Source: a virus
IMG/VR virus record: IMGVR_UViG_3300024520_000049
Coordinates: 110,596 to 174,595 of that record
DNA length: 64,000 bases
Strand: one strand, 5' to 3'
Shown here in pieces: positions 28,120-37,922 of this stretch. Under the pieces are notes generated by a model, which worked only from the letters and a program-made list of their open reading frames with translations, had not been told where the DNA came from and searched no databases. A program made the translations under genes and the position numbers. How positions within the stretch are numbered: position 1 is the first letter of the stretch; each line of letters starts with the position of its first letter.

Positions 28120-28492
28120 TGACGTAACGCCTTGGCGCCCCGAGGATGCTGCAGAGCAAATGCGGGAGAAGATCAGGGAAGAATTCACCAAGCTCATCCC
28201 CGATGAGCAACTGGACAAAATGATCCAGGATACTATCACCAACTTTATGAGGACAGACCTCGACAAGTTGGTGCGACATAACCTCCAGCAGGAGATCGCG
28301 ACGCGTCTAAGGGATTACTTCGAAAAGCCAGAATGGCAGGAGCAGTGGTCTTATTCAGACGTTGATGGCGGCCAAGATATCGCCGGCGAAGCCGTGATGA
28401 AGTTAATAGAGAAGCACTCAATGTCGTTGATGCAGAGCATTCTCGCCAACGCAGTGCAGCAAGTGTTTACGAACATGCGCCACCAGCTGTAA
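28112..28492 (+). CDS. hypothetical protein
   Basis: SD AAGGAG. Confidence 0.65.
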   Translation: MSDDVTPWRPEDAAEQMREKIREEFTKLIPDEQLDKMIQDTITNFMRTDLDKLVRHNLQQEIATRLRDYFEKPEWQEQWSYSDVDGGQDIAGEAVMKLIEKHSMSLMQSILANAVQQVFTNMRHQL

Positions 28493-28533
28493 GGTCGCTT
28501 GATTTAACAGCGATCACCAAGTAAAAAACCCAG

Positions 28534-28574
28534 AAGCCCGCCAAGCGCAAATATGCTGCTTGAGCGGGCTTTTG
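28534..28574 (+). terminator. intrinsic terminator
   Basis: AAGCCCGCCAAGC...GCTTGAGCGGGCTTTT. Confidence 0.6.
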
Positions 28575-28606
28575 ATTTAATGGCCGCAGATTTATAGGAG
28601 ACGAAG

Positions 28607-28924
28607 ATGACGAAAGTGAATTTACGAGGAAGAGAGTGTGAAGTGCAGATGAGTCGTTACTGCGAGGGTGATCGCTTAGCGATTCGCCTGATCAGTGTAG
28701 AGGATGGGATGCCTGAGGCTGTGGCAACCATTAACGTACCGGGGATAAAATTGGCTGAGGACGAGGTCCTGCTCAAGGACTATTCCGAAGGTACGGCCGT
28801 GGTCGATGCTCTGGTGGAAGCCGGCGTTGTGGAGCTTGCCAAGCCTCGCAGAGCTTGCAAGGTCTCCTCATTTGTAACTACGCAGGTGTACAAGGTGCTG
28901 GTGGAGGTGCCCCAATGCGGTTGA
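28607..28924 (+). CDS. hypothetical phage protein (DUF4313-like)
   Basis: Y..G.RLAIRL...AVATINVP...LLKDYSE..ALVEAGVV. Confidence 0.55.
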   Translation: MTKVNLRGRECEVQMSRYCEGDRLAIRLISVEDGMPEAVATINVPGIKLAEDEVLLKDYSEGTAVVDALVEAGVVELAKPRRACKVSSFVTTQVYKVLVEVPQCG

Positions 28925-29421
28925 GCAAGGATCACTGCTTAAACCCGACAGTATCTACCTGCTGGTGGTGTGGAGGAGAAAAGAATGAGGTCATCCTCAC
29001 AGGCGCCGCTGGTGAGAAGATGGCTAAGTCTATGGGCTTTAAGGACGGGAAAATGCCCATGAACACCATCATGGATATGGACCCTTGCGACAAATGCCTG
29101 GGCCACCAGGAGCTCGGGGTAATGTTTGTGTCCGTAAAGGAAGATGACCTCGAGAAGTACGCTGAAGCTCAGTCGTACAACAAGGGGCTGGATCCAAACA
29201 ACCGACACCATCAGAACCTGTATAAGCGGGTCATTCCAGAGCGGACAGGCCCAATGTGCGTACTCACTGAAGAGGGTGCTCGCAAGCTCCCCATCGAGCC
29301 TCCCGAAATGCTTGAAGGGATCATCAAAAAGCGCTGCTGTATGGTTCCAGAGAGCGTATACGAAGCGTTCGGATTCCCTAACGAAGACATCAACAACCTG
29401 GAGGACGACGATGAAATATGA
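28915..29421 (+). CDS. Zn-binding hypothetical phage protein
   Basis: LNPTVSTCWWCGGEKNEVIL...PCDKC. Confidence 0.65.
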   Translation: MRLSKDHCLNPTVSTCWWCGGEKNEVILTGAAGEKMAKSMGFKDGKMPMNTIMDMDPCDKCLGHQELGVMFVSVKEDDLEKYAEAQSYNKGLDPNNRHHQNLYKRVIPERTGPMCVLTEEGARKLPIEPPEMLEGIIKKRCCMVPESVYEAFGFPNEDINNLEDDDEI

Positions 29422-29998
29422 GTGCACCGAGGAGCTGTTTAACAAGGCTGTGGAAGCACACCAGATGATTGTTATCAGGGATGAAGGCCTTAGTCGACAC
29501 CTCCGGTTTAAGAAGCCGGAAACAACCGACATGTACTTCGACCTCATTACTTGGCGTGGGCATCTTTGCTACACTGGGGACATGGGAACGTATGTGTTTA
29601 CGCGTGTCGATGACATGTTCAAGTTCTTCAGAGGCGATCGCATCAATCCCGGCTACTGGGAAGAGAAGTGCATCGCCAGCCAAACCCGCATGAGAGGCAA
29701 CGGGATCAAGGCGTTTGATGTCGACACGTTCAATGACACAGTGCGTGAGTACATCAAGAATTACTGGGAACTGGATGTCGTCCCCGAGGACCTGCAGGCG
29801 GAGCTGGATCGTGAGGTACTTTGCCATCACGAGAATGAGTACGAGGCTTATCAAGCCGCGCACAACTTCAGCTTCAAAGAGTACAACTTCTACGACTGCG
29901 AAGGCCTCTGCGGGTGGATTTACACCTACCACTTCATCTGGTGCTTGCGGGCGTTGGTGTGGGGTATCAACCAGTACGACAAATCGAAGGAGGACTGA
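29411..29998 (+). CDS. conserved hypothetical phage protein
   Basis: RHLRFKKP..YFDLITW.GHLCYTGDMGTYVF..INPGYWEEK..HFIWCL. Confidence 0.75.
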   Translation: MKYECTEELFNKAVEAHQMIVIRDEGLSRHLRFKKPETTDMYFDLITWRGHLCYTGDMGTYVFTRVDDMFKFFRGDRINPGYWEEKCIASQTRMRGNGIKAFDVDTFNDTVREYIKNYWELDVVPEDLQAELDREVLCHHENEYEAYQAAHNFSFKEYNFYDCEGLCGWIYTYHFIWCLRALVWGINQYDKSKED

Positions 29999-32416
29999 TG
30001 CGGGGCGTATCATCTGCGCTTGCAGACAGGGACGGGGTGATGGCGGCAGTAATTCAAAATCACCCGAAACTCAACAAAATCCATGTGGCTGAATCCTACG
30101 CACAGCTTAGGCTCCAGCCGGATTTCACCTTCCGCATTATCATTGAGAGCATGGACCGACAACTGTTGGAGGATACTAATGCCGCGTCTGGGTAGGCCGG
30201 TCAAAGATGCTGCCTCTGCCCGGTGTTTATGCAGGAATCTCGGCAGTAGTAACGATAACCCGTTCCTTACCTCCAAGATTTGGCGCGGGTCCTGGTTCGG
30301 CCTTAAGCGCGCTATCATACGCGCCACCAATCCCGACTGGGCGCTGGACAACCAACTAGTGGAGGATTTTAGGGATGCGAAGACAGGTTCAGTGTTCCCT
30401 CAGAACGGGCGCCGTTAAAAACGAAGTTATCTGGGAGGTGCGGGAGATGCTTGCCTCCAACATACAAGCGGCAATATGGCGTGGCGTGAGGGGAGGACGA
30501 TACAAGGCCCAAAAGGTATGGAAGGAAATGGTGTACAATCCGTACACCGAAGCAGAATCTGAGTTGTGGCGACACGTCACAAGACCATTGATGGACGACA
30601 TAAAAGAGGACTCTTATGAGTGAAAAAGACGAAGTAGTTGAGAAGTTGAAGCAGTCACAGCTGCTGCCGGAAGTACTGGTAGTGCCAGAAGAGCACCGGG
30701 CGATGGTAGATGAGCTGGAGGAGAACCTCCACGTCAGCGCACTCGCAGTCAAGCTGGCGAACAAGGATCACTACCACCGTCACAATGATTTCTGGAACTA
30801 TCTGCGTGAGCAGGTGTTTCCCGAGTCGACGATGACTACCACCACATACGTAGACGGCAAGGTCTTCCTCCGCCGACCAAGCTACGAGGAGCTCGAGCGG
30901 GAGGTGCGGCTGCTTAAGAAGATGTTTGTAAAGGATCAGAAGTATTCCTTAGCCGCAGAGATGCGTGATATGGAGAAGCTTGTGAGCGATGTGCAGGATC
31001 TGATCCAGACAGAGCCAGGGGTGCTCGTCGAGGCGCACCTCACGCTGAAGACCATGATTCAAGATGTGAGTCGTGAGATGGCGAAAAAGCACGGGTTTCA
31101 GTGGGACGGGCCAGCCGGGGAGGAGCCTGGCGGTGGAGAGCAGCCGTCTTGAGCTGCAGCTCCGTTCAAGGCCGTGGCTGAATGCCGAGCTGGCCTTGCC
31201 GGAGAACGGACAAGCAAAGCGACTCCTGATGGAGGCGCATTTAGGAATGCAGCATCATCTGAGGACAGTGGTGCACCCGGTAGAAGATCAGATGACAGCT
31301 GAGCACGGGCATGAGATCCTCGATTAGGGAGAAAGAAATGGCGAAGAAAAAGACGGTAGCGCGGCTCTCAGAGATTCCTCTGGGCGGCCTGTTTGTACAC
31401 GTGGCACCCTATATCAAAGTGTCCAAAACTATGGGCTTGCCGGTTATTGCCACAGGCCGAGACGATGCTGTGACTAAGCGGAAGTTCAAAGCTAATCAGG
31501 AGGTGGAGCTTCCGAAGGCGCTTAAGATCACCGGCAAGCAGGGCTCCATGGTAAATGTTCAGTGGTGAGCGTCAAAGACCGATTTCCGGACAACACGACG
31601 TTGGCGGATTTCGTGGATGTACGGATTGCGCATGAAGCACTGGAGCAGCTCTCCCGCGCATATGCTCACCCAGAGGGGGGCCCATGGGGGGTCCCTCTTC
31701 ACGTAGCAACACCCATAATGGAGCAGCTGGCCAATGAAACTTGTCGAGCGCAACTTATCTCGTACGTCGGACTCGGAGTTCAGTAGTGCCCGCGACCTTT
31801 CATGGGACGCGGTTGTCGACGCGACCTCTGAGGCGGCCTGGGATCTGATGGGGGATTTGTATTATGCGGGCCACCCATCCTGGCCCAACGACCCAGTGAT
31901 GTGGGTTCGCGAAGAGGTGGATCTAAACGTCTGGGACGACCATAACAATTAAGGAGGCGCAAATGCGCTTATGTAACAACATCGTAGACGTGCTGCACGA
32001 TCTTTCACATGTGAGCGCCGGCCACACAATAACGGAGCTTTACGTGGATCATGACGCTTCCCAACCCGTCATGGCTTTGTGGGAGAGCGGGCTGATGCAG
32101 CTATCTGATGAGCTCATTACTACTACTCGGGACACGATTCGTGAGGCTCGGTAACAAAGTTCACCGTTTCGTGTCAGAGATAAGCCACGCGTTCCGCAAC
32201 AACATGCAGCCCACCCACGCGCATGCTGCGGTGGGTAAAGTCGCAGAAATCGCCCATCAAGTACGCGCGGAAATTCTACCCCGGAAGCGTATAATGTTAA
32301 CCTTCGCAGAGGATGATTTTCTATATGAGTACGATCTCACGAGCCACAGCACGTTTGAACGAACTTGGCGTGAAAAAGGCCGAGGAACTATGGAGCTACC
32401 CAGTAATGAAGCTTGA
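29998..32416 (+). other. first, diverged block of micro-gene array (starts ~29998, 30179, 30375, 31565, 31734, 31963, 32141) interspersed with other genes
   Basis: ~60-90 aa coupled ORFs; several end in QLLED/QLVED/IKED-type tails. Confidence 0.5.
30616..31152 (+). CDS. hypothetical protein
   Basis: SD GAGG; 178 aa. Confidence 0.6.
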   Translation: MSEKDEVVEKLKQSQLLPEVLVVPEEHRAMVDELEENLHVSALAVKLANKDHYHRHNDFWNYLREQVFPESTMTTTTYVDGKVFLRRPSYEELEREVRLLKKMFVKDQKYSLAAEMRDMEKLVSDVQDLIQTEPGVLVEAHLTLKTMIQDVSREMAKKHGFQWDGPAGEEPGGGEQPS

Positions 32417-32984
32417 AACAATACTTGGCCGGCCGGTCAACGACTTCCTGATGCGTCTGGCGCTCGGTCTGCCGGCGCCTTGGGAGACGTCTAGAGAGTT
32501 CTGGGACCCCGAGCCTTTTGGGCTTCATATGCAGATGACCAAAGGCGGGATGAAGCTAGCCCTCCAGCCCATGCCGCTGACGACGCTTACTAAAGCGGCG
32601 TTTGGTGCGACCTGGGAGCGGTCACTCAGGGCGCTCCTGGCAACCAGTGCGGACGCTCCGCCAACACTGGTGGTTCAGTTCAGCCCCGAGATCCGCACTG
32701 TAACTGCGAAGATTGTGTTCAACATATCCGGCCAGTCAGATCAGGTGATTGATGTGACCGAACAGTATGCTGCGCACGGATGGAGCGGATCAGAGTGGTA
32801 TCTAACCTACAACCCAGAGGAGGACGAGGGTGCCAAAGAAGACGACGGAGCCCACGACGGAGGAGCTGAAGCTTCGACTCCGTGACCTGTATCTGGCTGT
32901 GCAGTCAGGTAAAGGCCTATACACCCAAAAAGCGCTGGCGCGGGCGACGCTTGTCCGTGCCGGCTTAATGCCAAAGGAGGAATC

Positions 32985-33941
32985 ATGAGACCTTGCGAAC
33001 ATTGCGGTGAGCCACTGGAGGAGGGGAGTCATACTAGCAAGAAGTGTCATAAAGAGTGCGCGCGGGAGAGGAAGAACGACCTTCGGCGTGCTAGACGTAG
33101 CGACCCAGAGAAGCGGGAGAGGGAGCTCGCCCGACGACGCATCGCCAACCTAACACCCGAGCAGCGGGAGAGGAAGAACGCCAGGCAACGCATCGCCAAC
33201 ATGACCCCCGAGCAGCGGGAGAGGAAGAACGCTCATCATCGCGCCCGGCGCGCCAACCTCACCCCAGAGCAGAGGGAGAGCAAGAATGCCCTCACCCGTG
33301 TCGCCAATATGACACCAGAGCAGCGGGAGAGGACCCGTGTCGCCAACCTCACCCCAGAGCAGCTGGAGAAGAAGAGAGCCCACAACCGCGTCGCCAACAT
33401 GACGCCAGAGCAGGTGGAGAAGAGGAACGCCCGCAAACGCATCGCCAACATGCCGCCAGAGCAGCGAGAGAGGAAGAACGCCCGCAAACGCATCGCCAAC
33501 ATGCCGCCAGAGCAGAGGGAGAGGACGAGGGCACGCGCCCGTGTCGCCAACATGACACCAGAGCAGCTGGAGAAGAAGAGAGCCCGCAACGCCAACCCAA
33601 CCTCAGAGCAGCGGGAGAAGAAGAACGCCCGCGCCCGTGTCGCCAACATGACACCAGAGCAGCAGGAGAAGGAGAGAGCTCGTCGTCGGCAGCGCATCGC
33701 CAACCTCACCCCAGAGCAGCGAGAGAGGAAGAACGCCCTCACCCGCATCGCCAACATGACGCCAGAGCAGGTGGAGAAGAGGAACGCTAGCAAACGCGTC
33801 GCCAACCGAACACCCGAGCAGCGGGAGAAGCAGAGGGCCAGCAACTGCAAATGCCGAGCTAACCGGCAACAAACAAACGAGTACTTTGAGATTCTTGGCC
33901 TCATTGAGGCTCTTCCAGACCTAATCAACGAAACAATATAA
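32985..33941 (+). CDS. Zn-finger + ANxTPEQ tandem-repeat protein, copy 1 (318 aa)
   Basis: MRPCEHCG..HKEC head, ~15 basic repeats, constant tail QQTNEYFEILGLIEALPDLINET; SD AAGGAGG. Confidence 0.85.
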   Translation: MRPCEHCGEPLEEGSHTSKKCHKECARERKNDLRRARRSDPEKRERELARRRIANLTPEQRERKNARQRIANMTPEQRERKNAHHRARRANLTPEQRESKNALTRVANMTPEQRERTRVANLTPEQLEKKRAHNRVANMTPEQVEKRNARKRIANMPPEQRERKNARKRIANMPPEQRERTRARARVANMTPEQLEKKRARNANPTSEQREKKNARARVANMTPEQQEKERARRRQRIANLTPEQRERKNALTRIANMTPEQVEKRNASKRVANRTPEQREKQRASNCKCRANRQQTNEYFEILGLIEALPDLINETI

Positions 33942-33950
33942 GGAGGAATC

Positions 33951-34625
33951 ATGAGACCTTGTAAGCATTGCGGCGAGCCTCTGGAAGAGGGGAGCTGCCA
34001 CCGGACGAAGTATCATAAAGAGTGCGCGCGAGAGAGGAGGAGGGCCCGCTCCCGCATCGCCAACATGACACCAGAGCAGGTGGAGAAGAAGAGGGTCGGG
34101 AACCGCATCGCCAACTTCACCCCTGAGCAGCGGGAGAAGATCAACGCCCGCCGCCGGCGCGCCAATCTCACCCCAGAGCAGTGGGAGGCGGAGAATTCCA
34201 GGCAGGCCCGCAACCGCGCCAACATGACCCCAGAGCAGCGGGCGAAGCGGAACGCCTACCAACGCGGACGGCGAGCCAACCGCACACCAGAGCAGCGAGA
34301 GGAGTGGAACGCCTACAAACGCCAACACACCGCCAACCTCACCCCAGAGCAGCGGGAGAGCAAGAACGCCCGCTCCCGCATCGCCAACATGACACCAGAG
34401 CAGGTGGAGAAGCAGAGGGCCGGGAACCGCCGCGCCAATCTCACCCCAGAGCAGTGGGAGAAGCGGTTGGCCCCCCAACGCGTCGCCAACATGACACCAG
34501 AGCAGGTGGCGGAGAGGAGGGCCTGCCAAAGTGCCCGCCAACGCGAACAACAACAAACAAACGAATACTTCGAGATTCTTGGCCTCATTGAGGCCCTTCC
34601 AGATCTAATCAACGAAACAGTATAA
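33951..34625 (+). CDS. Zn-finger + ANxTPEQ tandem-repeat protein, copy 2 (224 aa)
   Basis: Same head and tail, ~9 repeats. Confidence 0.85.
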   Translation: MRPCKHCGEPLEEGSCHRTKYHKECARERRRARSRIANMTPEQVEKKRVGNRIANFTPEQREKINARRRRANLTPEQWEAENSRQARNRANMTPEQRAKRNAYQRGRRANRTPEQREEWNAYKRQHTANLTPEQRESKNARSRIANMTPEQVEKQRAGNRRANLTPEQWEKRLAPQRVANMTPEQVAERRACQSARQREQQQTNEYFEILGLIEALPDLINETV

Positions 34626-34634
34626 GGAGGAATC

Positions 34635-35294
34635 ATGAGACCCTGTAAGCATTGCGGCGAGCCTTTGGAGGAGGGGCGTGGCTACCGCGCGCAATATCAT
34701 AAGGAGTGTCAGCGCGAGAGGAGGAGCCGCCACCACCGCATCGCCAACCTCACCCCCGAGCAGCGGGAGAAGCGGAACGCTAAACAGCGCATTGCCAACA
34801 TGACCCCAGATCAGGTGGAGAAGCAGAGGGCCTATGATCGCGGACGACGCCAAACCCGCACCCCAGAGCAGGTGGAGAAGGACAGAGACCGCTGCCGCAT
34901 CGCCAACATGACCCCAGAGCAGGTGGATAAGCGGAACACCCGCCACCGCGACAACATGACACCAGAGCAGCGGGAGAGGAAGAACGCCCGCTACCGCGTC
35001 GCCAACCTCACCCCAGAGCAGCGGGAGAAGGAGAGAGCCCGCAAACGCATCGCCAACCTCACCCCAGAGCAGCTAGAGAAGAACAGAGCCCGCGCCCGTC
35101 GCGCCAACATGACCCCAGAGCAGGTGGAGAGGGTAAGGGCCCAGGCCCGTCGCGCCAACATGACCCCAGAGCAGGTGGAGAGGAGGAGAGCCTACGCCCA
35201 GGACCTCCGCCACGAACAGCAACAAACAAACGAGTACTTTGAGATTCTTGGCCTCATTGAGGCCCTTCCAGATCTAATCAACGAAACAGTATAA
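34635..35294 (+). CDS. Zn-finger + ANxTPEQ tandem-repeat protein, copy 3 (219 aa)
   Basis: Same head and tail, ~9 repeats. Confidence 0.85.
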   Translation: MRPCKHCGEPLEEGRGYRAQYHKECQRERRSRHHRIANLTPEQREKRNAKQRIANMTPDQVEKQRAYDRGRRQTRTPEQVEKDRDRCRIANMTPEQVDKRNTRHRDNMTPEQRERKNARYRVANLTPEQREKERARKRIANLTPEQLEKNRARARRANMTPEQVERVRAQARRANMTPEQVERRRAYAQDLRHEQQQTNEYFEILGLIEALPDLINETV

Positions 35295-35303
35295 GGAGGA
35301 ATC

Positions 35304-35498
35304 ATGAACCCAGAACAACGCAGAAAGATCAACATGCGGCAGCGCCGCGCTCATCTCATCAATCGCTGCAGCGATAGCGACCTCACCCCAGAACAACAAA
35401 AGGAGAAGAACGACCGTAAACACGCTCACCGCCTCGCCAACATGACCCCGTCGCACCTGGAGAGGATCAGAGCCTGGGATCGCCGCCACGGCCAATAG
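35304..35498 (+). CDS. degenerate short ANxTPEQ repeat protein, copy 4
   Basis: Same SD context AAGGAGGAATCATG; MNPEQ, LTPEQ, ANMTPS; lacks Zn head and tail. Confidence 0.65.
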   Translation: MNPEQRRKINMRQRRAHLINRCSDSDLTPEQQKEKNDRKHAHRLANMTPSHLERIRAWDRRHGQ

Positions 35499-35566
35499 GC
35501 CCACGAAGAAGACAGTCTTACAACGAAACGATAAAAACGACACGAAACGAACAAGGAATAAGAAAA

Positions 35567-36271
35567 ATGACTATCTCCGCAGAAAACAACGAAGAAAACA
35601 ACGAACCCAAGCAGCAGAAAATCGAGCTGACAGACGAACAGTGCAAGAAGATCCTCGCCAGGGCCATCGCCCGTATGAAGGCAATGTCAGGCGACTGGAA
35701 ATCCATCTCCGAGGACTTTGTTGAGCTCATCGACGGCCGTACTGACGGTAGGGATTACATCCGCAGCCGCCTCCCCGGCCTTTCGCTACATAGCCTAAAC
35801 CTCTTTGAGAAGGTAGGTCGAGGAAGCTTGGACCCCCGCCTCGGCCCCAGCGCGATGATCCACAAGCCCCACATGCTGCGGAACCTCTCAATCGCTGACC
35901 AGCTTAAGACTCTTGACGAGAAGCTGTCTCTTGCGATACTCGGCGTCGATCCCGGCAACTTCCGGCTGGTGCGCTGGTCAGATGAGCTTTCGTTAAGCCA
36001 ACGCAAGCAGCTGGTAAGCCACTCGGCGCTCCGGACGGTAGCAGAGCAGATCCTGTACCTGGAGGCTCTCCGCACCAACCGCCGCTTGAAGAGCGCAGAC
36101 AAAGAGACAGCTGATTATTTCGTGAAGCCTAACGGCGTCGTGGTCTTCACAACGAAGAAAGAGGAGCATGAATGGGAACCAGAGGACCTGCTGCAGCTGG
36201 CGACTAACGCCGTGAAGCGTGCCAGGGAGTGGGACAACAAGAGGAAGGGCAAAGGTACGTCAAAGCCGTGA
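35567..36271 (+). CDS. hypothetical protein
   Basis: 234-aa ORF after an A-rich spacer. Confidence 0.7.
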   Translation: MTISAENNEENNEPKQQKIELTDEQCKKILARAIARMKAMSGDWKSISEDFVELIDGRTDGRDYIRSRLPGLSLHSLNLFEKVGRGSLDPRLGPSAMIHKPHMLRNLSIADQLKTLDEKLSLAILGVDPGNFRLVRWSDELSLSQRKQLVSHSALRTVAEQILYLEALRTNRRLKSADKETADYFVKPNGVVVFTTKKEEHEWEPEDLLQLATNAVKRAREWDNKRKGKGTSKP

Positions 36272-36740
36272 AGCTCGGCTCAGTGAGGGTCATCGTATAC
36301 CTCAACCCGTTCGCTACCGTGAAGAGTCAAGTGTTCAAACAGCCTTGGGAGAAGGCGAACTACACTCTTCGGCAGCTGAACGTGGGTGTGAGGAACGTAC
36401 GGAATCACGTCCACGCCGAAGTGTACAGGGCGCGGGCGGGCATATGAAATCCGTTAAACAAATCATAAAGCACAACAGACTAGGCGTGGCCCATAAGGTA
36501 CTGTACGGCTCAGGCAAGTACACACAGGTCCGTGGGCGCATGCTGCTAGGGCAGCCATTGGGCATGTTTGGCCGCATGCTCATGCTTGTAGACCACCAAA
36601 TAGAAGAAGACCTAGGAGGAAGGAGAAGATGAAGATCAAGAAGGCACAACCCCGCGTCTGGGGTGTGCTTACGGACGCGGGTGGCAGAACGCCTGCGACA
36701 AGCGACAACAAGAACCACACGAGTAAGGAAGAAGACGAAA

Positions 36741-37862
36741 ATGACTGATGCTATAAATGACCAAATGTCCGATGATCTTGGCGGCGCCAAACCATCGACT
36801 ACACCAAACGCGCTGGCTGACGCTGCGGCAAAGCCTACCAAAGCAAAAAATAAGAAGATCGAATCGTTGACGCCTGAGCAGGAGGCGGCGATACCTGAGT
36901 TCCGTGATCGCTGGATTGCGATTGGACTGCAGACTCGCAAGTACGACAAGACCATGGTGCCAGAGCTGATGGCTCGCATCTACAAAGAGGGCGGGCTCGA
37001 GCCGCCCCAGCACATCCTGCATCTGACGTCACCAATGGCGGCCAATGCGCTCATCAACCTGCTGCAGGACAACGAAGACCACCCCATGAAAGAGGCCGAT
37101 GTCTCTTTGACCACGGTTGAAGGCTACGGCGCCGACGGGGCCACCTCGTTCGACATTCGCTCAATGACAGTTGACGATAAGACGCCGGACCTGCGGGCAC
37201 TGTGCAAGGACAAAACCCTGGACACAGTACACAATGGGGCTGCCTGCTACGGTGCTCACGACGCGGCCTGGCTGGGCTTCTACGAGTTCTGGATGGAGGC
37301 CGGCATTGAGGAATGCAAGCAGCTGCTTCCGCTCATGGACGCGGCCAAAGCCGCTGTGGGCTGGTTCTACCCGTTCGAGGAGGCTTGTATCGTCACACCG
37401 CTGCCTACTGAGCTGCACCGTGATGATGAAGGTCGCTTGCACAACACAGAAGGTGCTGCTCTGATCTTTGATGATGGCTGGGGCGTATGGAGCGTCAACG
37501 GCGTGCGTGTGCCGCGCAAGATCATCGAAGAGAAGGACAAGATCACTGCTCAGGACATCCTCGATGAGGAGAATGCAGAGATCCGCCGTGTTATGATGGA
37601 GTTCCTCGGCACAGAGAAGTTCATCCAGGAGTCTGGTGCCCGCTTGGTGCACAAGGACGATTGGGGGGAGCTCTACGAGAAGGAGCTTGAGGACGACGAA
37701 CCTCTCTGTATGGTGAAGGTGGTGAACAGCACACCTGAGCCAGACGGGCATTATAAGGATTACTGGATTCGGGTACGTCCGGGGTGTGAGACGGCACATG
37801 ACGCTGTTGCCTCTACCTTCCACCGGACGGCTGAAACCTACGATCCTTCCGTAGAAACCTGA
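36741..37862 (+). CDS. DUF6745 domain protein
   Basis: YGAHDAAWLGFYEF, GWFYP, GRLHNTEGAAL..DGWGVW.VNGVRVP, ENAEIRRVMME, VNSTPEPDG..Y.IRV..AHDAVASTF..YDPSVET. Confidence 0.85.
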   Translation: MTDAINDQMSDDLGGAKPSTTPNALADAAAKPTKAKNKKIESLTPEQEAAIPEFRDRWIAIGLQTRKYDKTMVPELMARIYKEGGLEPPQHILHLTSPMAANALINLLQDNEDHPMKEADVSLTTVEGYGADGATSFDIRSMTVDDKTPDLRALCKDKTLDTVHNGAACYGAHDAAWLGFYEFWMEAGIEECKQLLPLMDAAKAAVGWFYPFEEACIVTPLPTELHRDDEGRLHNTEGAALIFDDGWGVWSVNGVRVPRKIIEEKDKITAQDILDEENAEIRRVMMEFLGTEKFIQESGARLVHKDDWGELYEKELEDDEPLCMVKVVNSTPEPDGHYKDYWIRVRPGCETAHDAVASTFHRTAETYDPSVET

Positions 37863-37869
37863 TATAACT

Positions 37870-37908
37870 GCTATCCCAGGGCCGCTGCAATGGTGGTCCT
37901 GGGATAGC
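37870..37908 (+). terminator. strong stem-loop after the DUF6745 gene
   Basis: GCTATCCCAGGGCCGC...GTGGTCCTGGGATAGC; no clear U-tract, so it may be a processing or stability element instead. Confidence 0.5.
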
Positions 37909-37922
37909 GATTTGGAGATTAT

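Noticed and set aside
33150-34946. Minus-strand and alternative-frame ORFs over the repeat cassettes
   Set aside because: Shadow ORFs caused by the T-poor repetitive sequence; no RBS, while the + frame has a strong SD.
32985-35294. True TALE proteins
   Set aside because: Only the LTPEQ pentapeptide is shared. Repeats are ~17 aa and Arg-rich and lack the VAIAS-xx-GGKQALE consensus.
35499-35610. A-rich AACGA-like repeats
   Set aside because: Low-complexity spacer and N-terminal codons with no regular period or structure I can support.
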